32,000 bases of DNA from Cyclobacterium lianum (lineage in GTDB: Bacteria; Bacteroidota; Bacteroidia; Cytophagales; Cyclobacteriaceae), in the NCBI RefSeq assembly GCF_900143075.1, contig NZ_FRCY01000001.1:389894-421893 (forward strand), written 5' to 3'. Every line of letters begins with the position of its first letter. Position 1 is the stretch's first letter. Of this stretch, positions 9,107 to 17,085 are shown piece after piece. The notes under the pieces were generated by a model that did not search any database, had not been told where the DNA came from, and was given only the letters and a program-made list of their open reading frames with translations. The position numbers were made by a program, and so were the translations under genes.

Positions 9107-10507
9107 ATGGTAAAGACAAGGTTTTTTTTTCTTCCAATTCTATCATTACTGACTTTTTTGAGTGCCTGTAAGTCACCGGAATCAGAAGAAACAAAACCCG
9201 ATTTTTGGGAATTTCCAGCGGAGCTGGATTACAATGCCATACAAAACAGGGGATTTCTCAGGGCCATAGTAGACAATTCCTCTGCCAGCTATTATATCTA
9301 CAGGGGCAGGACCATGGGTTACGAGTTTGAGCTTTTGAGAAATCTCGCCAACCATCTTGGAGTGGGACTGCGCCTGATCGTGAGGCATGATCTGGAGGAT
9401 GCCTTCCGGTTGTTGAACAAAGGGAAAGCCGATATCGTTGCCATTAATTTTGAAGTGAATGAAGAGCGGAAAAAATATGCCGCATTTACCCAACCTGTAG
9501 GCCTGATGAAAACAGTCCTGGTCCAAAGGAATGACGGCAGTCATATAGATAGTTTGGCCCAATTGAACGGTAAGCAGGTGTATATCAAGAAGGGGACGGT
9601 GTACAAAGACCGCATGCGATCCCTTCAGGATTCATTGCAGCTGTCGCTAAGTGTAGCGGAAGAAAACACTGGCCTCGAGAATTTAATCAATAAGGTGGTT
9701 CAGGAGGAAATCGACTATACCGTAGTAGATAACGATGTTGCCCTGGTCAACGCGACCTATTATGAAATCCTGGATGTAGACTTGACAGTCAGTGAGGAAA
9801 ATCCCGTTTCATGGGCAGTAAGAAAAAATGCACCGGAATTATTGGCCTTAATCAATGAATGGATCGCCCGGATAGACCGGACCGGCTACAAAGCCATCCT
9901 CTATCACAAATATTTTCTCAATAAGAAAAACAGTTACTACCGCACTTCTTCTGCCTTTTCCTCAGTTTCCGGCGGTAGGATATCCAGGTATGATGAGATC
10001 ATCAAAGAAGGGGCGGATCAGCTCGGCTGGGACTGGCGACTGCTTGCAGCGCTGGTCTACAAGGAGAGCCGTTTTAATAATGCTGCCGTGTCTTACGCTG
10101 GCGCTGTCGGTTTGCTACAGTTGATGCCGGTAACCCTTCAGCGGTTTGGCGTAAATGATCCCAATAATCCCTATGAAAGTTTGAGGGGTGGGGTGGGCTA
10201 TCTAAGGTATCTGGACGGGTTTTGGATGGAAAGGGTACCGGACAATACGGAGCGTATTAAATTTATTCTGGCGTCCTATAATGTGGGTCATGGCCATGTG
10301 CAGGATGCCTGGAGGCTCGCCTACAAATACGGGAAAGATACCCGCCGTTGGAAAAATATCGCTTTTTACCTGGAGCGAAAATCTCAGCCAGAGATCTACC
10401 GGGATCCCTGGGTGAAAAGTGGCTATGCCAAAGGACATGTTACCGTGCGCTACGTGCGGGAGGTGTATGGATTGTATGAATCTTATAAGGTGCTGGTAGA
10501 GCCTTAG
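9107..10507 (+). CDS. MltF-like lytic murein transglycosylase (periplasmic-binding-protein-type domain plus SLT domain), lipoprotein
   Basis: The C-terminal SLT catalytic region reads 'LLAALVYKESRFNNAAVSYAGAVGLLQLMP'. The N-terminal half resembles family-3 solute-binding proteins. The ATG at 9107 gives a signal peptide with lipobox 'LSAC'. The 9074 (TTG) and 9092 starts are possible but add non-signal residues. Confidence 0.85.
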   Translation: MVKTRFFFLPILSLLTFLSACKSPESEETKPDFWEFPAELDYNAIQNRGFLRAIVDNSSASYYIYRGRTMGYEFELLRNLANHLGVGLRLIVRHDLEDAFRLLNKGKADIVAINFEVNEERKKYAAFTQPVGLMKTVLVQRNDGSHIDSLAQLNGKQVYIKKGTVYKDRMRSLQDSLQLSLSVAEENTGLENLINKVVQEEIDYTVVDNDVALVNATYYEILDVDLTVSEENPVSWAVRKNAPELLALINEWIARIDRTGYKAILYHKYFLNKKNSYYRTSSAFSSVSGGRISRYDEIIKEGADQLGWDWRLLAALVYKESRFNNAAVSYAGAVGLLQLMPVTLQRFGVNDPNNPYESLRGGVGYLRYLDGFWMERVPDNTERIKFILASYNVGHGHVQDAWRLAYKYGKDTRRWKNIAFYLERKSQPEIYRDPWVKSGYAKGHVTVRYVREVYGLYESYKVLVEP

Positions 10508-11973
10508 GCTTTCGGGATCATGTTGCTCATGATCTTCGCCGAGAGCAGACACAAAGGTATACCTCCTCCCGGGTGGACGCTGCCTCCGCAAAAATAAAGT
10601 CCTTTTATACTGGAGGAATAGTTTGCATGACGTAAAAACGCAGCATACCGGTTATTTGAACTGTTGCCGTATAGCGCGCCATTAGCTGATGACGTTTTTG
10701 TCTCTATACTTACGGGGTCGAGTATTTCCTCTGCTTCAATAAGTGGCTCGATGTCTGTCTTCAGTGTGCGATTGATCTTGTTGATAATGGAGATCCTTGC
10801 TTTGGCCTTCAACAAGTCCCAATCCTGCCCCTGATTATTGGGCACATTGATCATGGTAAACCAATTCATACATCCATCCGGTGCATCGTCTTTTTTATAT
10901 ACGGAGGTGATGTTGATGTAGACCGTGGGGTCCTCGCAAATGATCTGCTTGTTGAAAATGTGGTCGAATTCCTGTTTGTAATTTTCGGAAAACAGGATGT
11001 TGTGCAGATCCAATTCCGGAAACTCTTTTTTTATTCCCCAGTAAAATATCAATGCCGAGCTCGATTTGGGTTGTTGCAATAATTTCTTCGGTTGGGCCTG
11101 ATCTTTAAGTATGGTCTTGTAGGCATTGACCATATCCATATTGTTGACGACCAGATCGGAAGCATGAAACCGGCCTGCGGCGAGCACACCTTTTGCATGC
11201 TGTTTTTCAACCACAATTTTCTCTACAGGTGTGCCGAACGAAAAATTCACCCCAAGCTCAGTTGCCAGCGCATACAGGCTTTGGGTAATGGCATGCATGC
11301 CTTTACTGGGGAAATATGCTCCTCTGTTAAATTCCAGATGGGGAATAATGTTCAGCGTAGCCGGTGTCTGGTAAGGGTCAGAGCCATTATAGGTAGCGTA
11401 CCTGTTGAAAAGTTGCACCAGCTTATCCTGACTAAACTGTTTTTTATTGGCCTGGTTCATGGTATGAAACAAACCCAATTTGCCCAGTTTCAGGTAAGCC
11501 TTTATCGCATCTTTGTTGATCCAGGTGCTCCATTTATGGAGCGACCGGTGCATAAACAAGGGGGCCAGATGTTTGTAGATAAAGGCAGACCTGTCCAGAG
11601 CAGCGTTAATGTGTGACGGTTCTTCTCCCAGTTTTTCCAGCACTTCCTGAGAAAAATCATTCCTGTCGGCATAGGCCTGGACCGTAGTGCCGTCCTCCCA
11701 GAAATAATGGCAATTGACATCAAGTTGCTGGTACCGGAAGTAGTCTTCGGGAGTTTTGTCCGAAAGATGAAACAACTCATCTACCTCTTCCGGAAGGGTG
11801 AATAAGGAAGGGCCGCAATCAAAACGATACCCCTTGATGGAGATTTCGGAAAGCTTCCCTCCGGGATAGCTATTGGCTTCAAAAACTTCGACCTGATATC
11901 CTTTGTGAGCCAACCGGATACTTGCTGCCAGGCCTGCAATTCCCGAACCGATGATTATGGCTTTTTTTTGCAT
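10504..11973 (-). CDS. Phytoene-desaturase-family FAD oxidoreductase (CrtI/CrtD-like; possibly 1-hydroxycarotenoid 3,4-desaturase)
   Basis: N-terminal dinucleotide-binding motif 'KKAIIIGSGIAGLAASIRLAHKGYQVEVFEANSYPGGK' and C-terminal CrtI-family signature 'LYFCGGSVHPGGGIPLCLLSAKI'. Confidence 0.8.
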   Translation of the reverse strand: MQKKAIIIGSGIAGLAASIRLAHKGYQVEVFEANSYPGGKLSEISIKGYRFDCGPSLFTLPEEVDELFHLSDKTPEDYFRYQQLDVNCHYFWEDGTTVQAYADRNDFSQEVLEKLGEEPSHINAALDRSAFIYKHLAPLFMHRSLHKWSTWINKDAIKAYLKLGKLGLFHTMNQANKKQFSQDKLVQLFNRYATYNGSDPYQTPATLNIIPHLEFNRGAYFPSKGMHAITQSLYALATELGVNFSFGTPVEKIVVEKQHAKGVLAAGRFHASDLVVNNMDMVNAYKTILKDQAQPKKLLQQPKSSSALIFYWGIKKEFPELDLHNILFSENYKQEFDHIFNKQIICEDPTVYINITSVYKKDDAPDGCMNWFTMINVPNNQGQDWDLLKAKARISIINKINRTLKTDIEPLIEAEEILDPVSIETKTSSANGALYGNSSNNRYAAFLRHANYSSSIKGLYFCGGSVHPGGGIPLCLLSAKIMSNMIPKA

Positions 11974-12035
11974 ACTCGTAAAACTAAAAGAAAATCGAAG
12001 AGTTTAAACGTCTGATGCACCTTCATATTCCGGAC

Positions 12036-12242
12036 TTACTCCAAAGGCATGCCCTTTGTTCTTGCCAGAAAATCATCGACGGTCAAGGATGGATCAGTTT
12101 GCATGTCAGGCATTAGCCGAAAACTCCCTTAGTCGATTTCCAGCTCCTGTCTGGCCTTCAAGCCCAGCAGTGCTTTTTCAAATTTCCGTTTGCCCAGGTA
12201 ACAAAGGGGACAATCAATGTCGCTCCAGATTTTTATTTTCAT
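12036..12242 (-). pseudogene. Relic of a DsbA/FrnE-like thioredoxin-fold oxidoreductase (N-terminal ~68 codons, in-frame stop, 3' part missing)
   Basis: My own minus-strand translation is MKIKIWSDIDCPLCYLGKRKFEKALLGLKARQELEID*GSFRLMPDMQTDPSLTVDDFLARTKGMPLE*. The CPxC motif and the 'WSDxxCPxCYxGKRxFExAL' and 'PDMxTDP' patterns match my recollection of DsbA-family (FrnE-type) N-termini. An in-frame TAA lies at 12129..12131 and the reading frame ends at 12036..12038, whereas family members are roughly three times longer. The ORF is too short for the supplied track. Confidence 0.6.
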
Positions 12243-12505
12243 GATGCAATGTAATGTTTTAGGCAAATCATTTGTGCTTAAATCGACTAAAAGAAACAAC
12301 CGATAGCCAGGGCTCGGTTCAGGTCGCTGGATTATTTGACAAGAGATGCCTTGAAACAGTTTTGGGAATAACCGGTTTTTCAGGCTTCAGGCCTGTTGTC
12401 CGCCAAGAATATGTGCCGCAATTGAGCTTCAGCAAGGTTTTTGCTAAAAATTATAGTAACTTGATCAAATGAACAGGATTTTATCTATTATAATATTGAT
12501 GTAGC

Positions 12506-12847
12506 ATGACAGAGATTTTTACCACCATAAAAAAATTGATTGAAGTAAGGTTCAAAATTCTGAAATCCGAAATCCTTGATGAAATTAGCAGTATTGCGGC
12601 AAGGGTGGGCATTATTCTGCTGATGGTATTGTCCGCCTCTTTTATACTGCTTTTTGGAAGCATCGCCCTGGCCTTTTACTTTAGCGAACTGTACGGAAGT
12701 ACTTCTGTAGGGTTTTTGTTGTTAACGGGAATTTATTTTTTGTTATTTATTATCCTTTACCTAGTGAGAAACGCTAATTTTATTCAAACGGGGCTTAAAA
12801 ACTCACTCTCCCGGTATGTATTTTTATTCAAGAGTAAAAAGGACTGA
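12506..12847 (+). CDS. Small membrane protein, 'phage holin family / Holin-X'-like (2 TM segments)
   Basis: 113 aa with an amphipathic N-terminus, then two long hydrophobic segments ('GIILLMVLSASFILLFGSIALAFYF', 'VGFLLLTGIYFLLFIILYLV'). This architecture resembles proteins annotated as phage holin family (PF07332-type) in Bacteroidota. The product name is tentative. Confidence 0.6.
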   Translation: MTEIFTTIKKLIEVRFKILKSEILDEISSIAARVGIILLMVLSASFILLFGSIALAFYFSELYGSTSVGFLLLTGIYFLLFIILYLVRNANFIQTGLKNSLSRYVFLFKSKKD

Positions 12848-12849
12848 TT

Positions 12850-13182
12850 ATGGATGAGGCGTTAAAAAGGCAATCTGAAGAATTGGAACAAACCCTGCGA
12901 CAACAGTTGGGCTTATTGAAGCAGGACTCCGGGGTTTATTTGAAAGTTGGCGGTATAGCATTAATAAGTGGACTTCTGGCCGTGGGTGCCACCAGAATAA
13001 TTTCAGGTAGAAATAAAAGCAAAAAACCTGGGAAAAGGCTGAAAGGCAAGAAAAAGCAGAAATACAGTATATTGCGCAATATCAGAAACCGGTTTTTTTG
13101 GATGGCAGTAGATTACGGAAAGTCCAGACTCCTGGAACAATTGGTCGCTAAAGCAAGTAAGGAAGATGAACCGGAGCACTAG
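12850..13182 (+). CDS. Hypothetical single-pass membrane protein (coiled N-terminus, one TM, Lys-rich stretch)
   Basis: The ATG lies 2 nt after the upstream stop. One TM segment 'VGGIALISGLLAVGATRII' is followed by 'KSKKPGKRLKGKKKQK'. I recognise no family. Confidence 0.5.
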   Translation: MDEALKRQSEELEQTLRQQLGLLKQDSGVYLKVGGIALISGLLAVGATRIISGRNKSKKPGKRLKGKKKQKYSILRNIRNRFFWMAVDYGKSRLLEQLVAKASKEDEPEH

Positions 13183-13945
13183 ACTGCGAGACTTACTTTT
13201 TGAAAGGAAATCGGAAGGTTCAAAAAGTCTGGCACTTTTAATTGACCCGGAAAAAATGGATCGGCAGTCCTCATTTACAGAGCTTGTTCAAGGGGCCACA
13301 GAACTGGAAATAGATTTTATTTTCATCGGCGGCAGCCTGGTAAGTGCAGATCAACTGGCCAAATGTATGGCAAGCGTGAATCAGATTGTGGGGGGTAGGG
13401 TACCCCTCGTACTCTTTCCGGGAAGCGTGATGCAGGTATCCGATGAGGCCGACGCGATCTTGTTTCTCTCCCTCATTTCCGGAAGAAATCCGGAATGGCT
13501 GATCGGTCAGCAGGTATTGGCCGCTCCGCACTTGTCGAAAAGCAAACTGGAAATTATTCCGACCGGATACATGCTTGTCAACGGAGGGAGTTCCACCAGC
13601 GTGGAATATATCAGTCAAACCATTCCGCTTCCCCAGGACAAACCGGATCTGGCCGCAGCTACCGCACTTGCCGGCAAGTATCTGGGCTTGTCCGTATTTT
13701 ATATGGACGCGGGAAGTGGTGCCCGCGTGCCCGTATCTCCTGATATGATCCGTGCAGTGAATGCGCATACAAAAGCACCTTTGATCGTAGGTGGAGGTAT
13801 ATGTTCCCTGAGTAGTGCCCGACGGGCCTGGGAGGCTGGTGCGGATGTGCTGGTCATTGGCAATGGGGCAGAAAAAAACCCCAGCCTGATTGCTGAGGTC
13901 CTTCAGTACGCCAGGTGGTACAATGCCTCACTGAACGTTAATTAA
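13166..13945 (+). CDS. Geranylgeranylglyceryl / heptaprenylglyceryl phosphate synthase family protein (GGGPS/PcrB)
   Basis: TIM-barrel prenyltransferase motifs 'LALLIDPEK', 'IDFIFIGGS', 'FYMDAGSGA' and 'PLIVGGGI'. The gene overlaps the upstream ORF by 17 bp. Confidence 0.85.
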   Translation: MNRSTRLRDLLFERKSEGSKSLALLIDPEKMDRQSSFTELVQGATELEIDFIFIGGSLVSADQLAKCMASVNQIVGGRVPLVLFPGSVMQVSDEADAILFLSLISGRNPEWLIGQQVLAAPHLSKSKLEIIPTGYMLVNGGSSTSVEYISQTIPLPQDKPDLAAATALAGKYLGLSVFYMDAGSGARVPVSPDMIRAVNAHTKAPLIVGGGICSLSSARRAWEAGADVLVIGNGAEKNPSLIAEVLQYARWYNASLNVN

Positions 13946-14857
13946 AGATTCTCTTCTTCTCATTTTACCCGCCGGTAATCCATACATCATTTTGAATCTG
14001 CGGCAGAAATAGGCCGTGTCTTTGTAGCCAACTTCCTTACCGATGTCACGGATACTCTTTTTTGTCGTTCTGAGTAATTCTACGGCGGCCTCCATTCTCT
14101 GGTATTCAATGTAATCCTGGGGATTGATGCCGGTAAGCATTTTAAAATACTGGCCTACATAATCTTCAGATACATTGGCTACTTTCGCAAGCACCTTGTT
14201 TGAGAGGTCTCCTCCGATATTTTTCTTAATATAATTGAACATGTCAATCAATCTGGGGTCCTTGAAATAAGTGCTATTAGTAGACAATTCCTCCACAAAG
14301 AGCCTGTTTTTCAGGATGTGCCTGACCAATTCTACGACCAGGAGCTCGGTATACAGCTTGATTACCCGCTCTTTGCCAGGAGTGGCCTGTTCGGATTCCT
14401 TTACCACATCTTCGATGATAGATGCGATCCGGTCATTGAAACGGATCACGAATGCAGGAATGCCCAGAGAATTGAAAAAGTTCACCACATCAAAAACCTT
14501 GGCCTCGAAAGAAAGTGAGGTGATGCAATCGTCTTCCTCATTCTTTATGTCTTTGAAACTGATGGTTTGAAGGTATTTTTTCTTGTTCTCAAGAAAATTT
14601 TCGTTATTGGTTTCATTTCTCTTGGTGACAGTTCCAAAGGATACCCTTGTCGCCCGACCTGCCGGAATAAAAAGTATTTCTCCCTCATTTACAGACTCTT
14701 GGTCCTCGCCAAAATTAAGAGATCCCCTATGTAGGAGAATGGCTGTGTTTTCCGAGTCTGAATAATCGGTGATGGTAACGGGCCTTTCTATCTTGTAATT
14801 ATTCCCCTTAATGTACCTCACTCCAACCGACTCAATCACCTTATTGTAATATTCCAT
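13928..14857 (-). CDS. AraC-family transcriptional regulator
   Basis: C-terminal double helix-turn-helix 'LSNKVLAKVANVSEDYVGQYFKMLTGINPQDYIEYQRMEAAVELLRTTKKSIRDIGKEVGYKDTAYFCRRFKMMYGLPAGKMRR'. The N-terminal region looks like a cupin-type sensor domain. Confidence 0.9.
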   Translation of the reverse strand: MEYYNKVIESVGVRYIKGNNYKIERPVTITDYSDSENTAILLHRGSLNFGEDQESVNEGEILFIPAGRATRVSFGTVTKRNETNNENFLENKKKYLQTISFKDIKNEEDDCITSLSFEAKVFDVVNFFNSLGIPAFVIRFNDRIASIIEDVVKESEQATPGKERVIKLYTELLVVELVRHILKNRLFVEELSTNSTYFKDPRLIDMFNYIKKNIGGDLSNKVLAKVANVSEDYVGQYFKMLTGINPQDYIEYQRMEAAVELLRTTKKSIRDIGKEVGYKDTAYFCRRFKMMYGLPAGKMRRRESLINVQ

Positions 14858-14997
14858 GATCAGTGCCTTTAGGTTTATTTAAGTAAAAGTATATTCTTTT
14901 TCTGATTTCTTAGGACAATAATAGATAAAAAATTAGAATAAACTAAATTTCGATATGAAAATTAATATATTTTTTTAAAAATCCACAGCTTATGCAA

Positions 14998-15290
14998 TTA
15001 TCTTAAAAGGCTCCGGGATATAACTATTTTTTGAATTTCAGACCTCCGGTCGTGTATTTATGTGATTTTCTCCTACCTGATCATGCGTTCTGCAGGGTAT
15101 TCCCGTACATATCCGTATCCTCGGTGGATCTGTACCACCTCTTTAGTCACTTCCATGGCTACCTTAGATACATACAATTTGGCCGTGGCACCCGACCTGG
15201 CAAAATACCCGGCCGCATCCCTTTCAGCAAATTGCTCCTGGCAACGATCAATTACTATGATCGCTCACTGACACATGTGTATCTGGATAA
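14998..15290 (-). pseudogene. Relic of an acyl-CoA dehydrogenase (C-terminal ~90 codons only, three in-frame stops)
   Basis: My own minus-strand translation is ...Q*AIIVIDRCQEQFAERDAAGYFARSGATAKLYVSKVAMEVTKEVVQIHRGYGYVREYPAERMIR*EKIT*IHDRRSEIQKIVISRSLLR*. It follows the ACAD C-terminal pattern I recall ('AKL..SE.A..VT..AVQIHGGYGY..EYP.ER..RDAKIT.IYEGTSEIQ..VI.R.LL'). Stops lie at 15265..15267, 15073..15075 and 15058..15060, with what looks like the native stop at 14998..15000. The 5' boundary is fuzzy. The ORF 15031..15300 (+) in the track is its antisense shadow. Confidence 0.7.
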
Positions 15291-15300
15291 TATACGCTAA

Positions 15301-15331
15301 AAAATAAAAAAGGGGCTATCAGTGCCCCTTT
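15301..15331 (-). terminator. Rho-independent terminator after the Zn-peptidase gene
   Basis: On the minus strand, AAAGGGGC-ACTGATA-GCCCCTTT (8-bp stem, 7-nt loop) is followed by TTTTTATTTT. It lies 25 nt downstream of the stop at 15356. Confidence 0.7.
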
Positions 15332-15355
15332 AATCGTCAGTTTTATCAAGTTCTT

Positions 15356-16048
15356 CTATTCTCTTCCTCCAAAGAAAATAAAGAAATAATAGGCCAGCGT
15401 GGCCATGGAGGCGATAGCTGCCACCACATAGGTCATGGCTGCCCATTTCAAAGCATCTTTGGACATCCCGTATTCCTGCGCAGTCACAATATTGCGCTCC
15501 TGTACCCAGGCCAGTGCCCGTTTACTTGCATCAAATTCTACCGGTAAGGTGACCAGGCTAAACAAGGTCAGCATGCTATACGCACCGACTACCACTATAC
15601 CTACCACTTCATAGGGGAGGCCGAACAGGGCGATCCCGCCAAACAAAGATGCAATCAATACGAAATTCAGGATTTTACCGCTGATATTCTGTATGGGTAC
15701 CAGCGTGGATCTGAGTTGAAGCCATGTATAGGAGCGTGCATGTTGTACTGCGTGACCACATTCGTGCGCCGCAACAGCAGTGGCTGCAGCATTGCGACCA
15801 TAGTAGACATCAGGGCTCAGATTTACAGTCTTGTTCATCGGGTTATAATGGTCAGACAATTGCCCTTCGACACAATTTACACTTACATTATGAATGCCGT
15901 GATCCGCCAGCATCAATTCGGCGATTTCTTTTCCCGAAAGATTGGCCTTCAGAGAGGTCTGGGAGTATTTTCTGAATTTACTTTTCAGCTTGTTACTCAC
16001 CACATAACCGATAATCCCAAATACAACTACTATTAATATGATTCCCAT
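15356..16048 (-). CDS. Membrane zinc metallopeptidase (YugP-like, Zn_peptidase_2 family)
   Basis: N-terminal TM segment, 'HYNPMNKTVNLS', the HExxH motif 'VAAHECGHAVQH', and C-terminal TM segments. Confidence 0.85.
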   Translation of the reverse strand: MGIILIVVVFGIIGYVVSNKLKSKFRKYSQTSLKANLSGKEIAELMLADHGIHNVSVNCVEGQLSDHYNPMNKTVNLSPDVYYGRNAAATAVAAHECGHAVQHARSYTWLQLRSTLVPIQNISGKILNFVLIASLFGGIALFGLPYEVVGIVVVGAYSMLTLFSLVTLPVEFDASKRALAWVQERNIVTAQEYGMSKDALKWAAMTYVVAAIASMATLAYYFFIFFGGRE

Positions 16049-16104
16049 TTTCTTTATAAAATTGTTTTTTGCTACATAAACGATGCCTCAATCAGTAAGG
16101 TTGC

Positions 16105-17085
16105 TTACTTTTTTTTGCCCGGCAAAAGCAGCAAGCTGATGCCTCCTAAAACCATTACAGTTAGCATCTGAGAGGCATGAACCACCATTGCAAATATCTT
16201 GCCCTGCTCTTCTGATATGCCATAAAACAAGAGGATAAAGGCTACCATCGCATGGAAGGTGCCAATGCCACCCTGTACCGGCGCGATCATCCCTATACTT
16301 CCCATCACCAACACCATTAGCACAGAAGGTATTGATAGTGAGTTAGTTGCTGGCATAGCCAGAGCGATCCAATACATCATCAGAAAATAGATGATCCAGA
16401 TCAACACCGACACGGACCAGAATCCAAACTGTTTTTTCATCTGGAATATAGTCTCCAGACCACTGACAAATTGTCGCAAAAACTGTCTGACTTTCCCTAT
16501 CCAGCCCGAATGTCTGTATCTGCGATAGGCAAAGAAAAGCATTCCCAGCAGAATTACCAAGATCACCAGGCCGATAGAAAAATAGCTGTTCGTGAAGTCA
16601 GTCAATTGGGGTAGGGAAACCAATAAACCGAAAATTTCGAGAAAAATACTGCCCTGGAGCAGAAATGCCAGCCCGATCATCAGCAGCATAAACCCCATGT
16701 CTATGGTCCGTTCCAATACAACAGTGCCGAGCAATTTCCCGACCCTGACAGACTCGGTCTTATTTACTGCCCCGCATCGGGCCAGCTCCCCCGCTCTGGG
16801 GACCAGCAGGTTGACCAGGTATCCAAACATGAGGGCCCAGAATACACGGCCCGTACTAACCTTAGATTTTTCGCCGGTTTCGATAAGGATTTTCCATCTC
16901 CACGCCCGAAGCCAGTAACCAAGGATACCAATAGTCACGGAAGAAGCCAGTAACAGGAAATCGGTATCCTTTATGGAGTTTACCAGGGCAAGCCCATCCA
17001 GGTCCCTGTATAAATAATAAAAAATGAATACTGCAATAAGCAGGGAGAAGGCAACCTGAAAACCCTGTTTGGCTTTTTTGCTCAA
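16105..17085 (-). CDS. UPF0104 / lysylphosphatidylglycerol-synthase-TM (flippase-like) domain membrane protein
   Basis: 326 aa and polytopic (about 8 TM). The Lys-rich N-terminus and '[10 protein letters not shown]' plus '[11 protein letters not shown]' are motifs typical of this family as I recall it. The only available start is a TTG at 17085, because an in-frame stop lies at 17092..17094. Confidence 0.75.
   Translation of the reverse strand: MSKKAKQGFQVAFSLLIAVFIFYYLYRDLDGLALVNSIKDTDFLLLASSVTIGILGYWLRAWRWKILIETGEKSKVSTGRVFWALMFGYLVNLLVPRAGELARCGAVNKTESVRVGKLLGTVVLERTIDMGFMLLMIGLAFLLQGSIFLEIFGLLVSLPQLTDFTNSYFSIGLVILVILLGMLFFAYRRYRHSGWIGKVRQFLRQFVSGLETIFQMKKQFGFWSVSVLIWIIYFLMMYWIALAMPATNSLSIPSVLMVLVMGSIGMIAPVQGGIGTFHAMVAFILLFYGISEEQGKIFAMVVHASQMLTVMVLGGISLLLLPGKKK

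Noticed and set aside
11962-11969. A8/T8 homopolymers at gene ends: crtD-like codons 2-4 here, tpiA codons 2-4 at 22258..22265, and the UPF0104 C-terminus at 16109..16116
   Set aside because: They correspond to Lys-Lys(-Lys) codon runs typical of N- and C-termini in this genome. tpiA is essential, so phase variation is implausible there. I kept only the two 9-nt tracts as low-interest findings.
12056-12244. 62-aa plus-strand ORF
   Set aside because: It is the antisense shadow of the DsbA-like relic, whose minus-strand translation carries the family motifs.
12272-12472. 66-aa ORF in the 260-bp gap between the DsbA-like relic and the holin-like gene. I also looked there for an ncRNA or riboswitch
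   Set aside because: It starts at a non-ATG codon and shows no motif. The region has only weak 5-bp hairpins (CAGGC/GCCTG, AGCAA/TTGCT), and I recognise nothing resembling SRP, 6S, tmRNA or a known riboswitch core. It may hold further gene debris, but I cannot support a call.
15031-15300. 89-aa and 69-aa plus-strand ORFs
   Set aside because: The minus strand here reads as an acyl-CoA dehydrogenase C-terminal relic. The plus-strand ORFs have no recognisable features.
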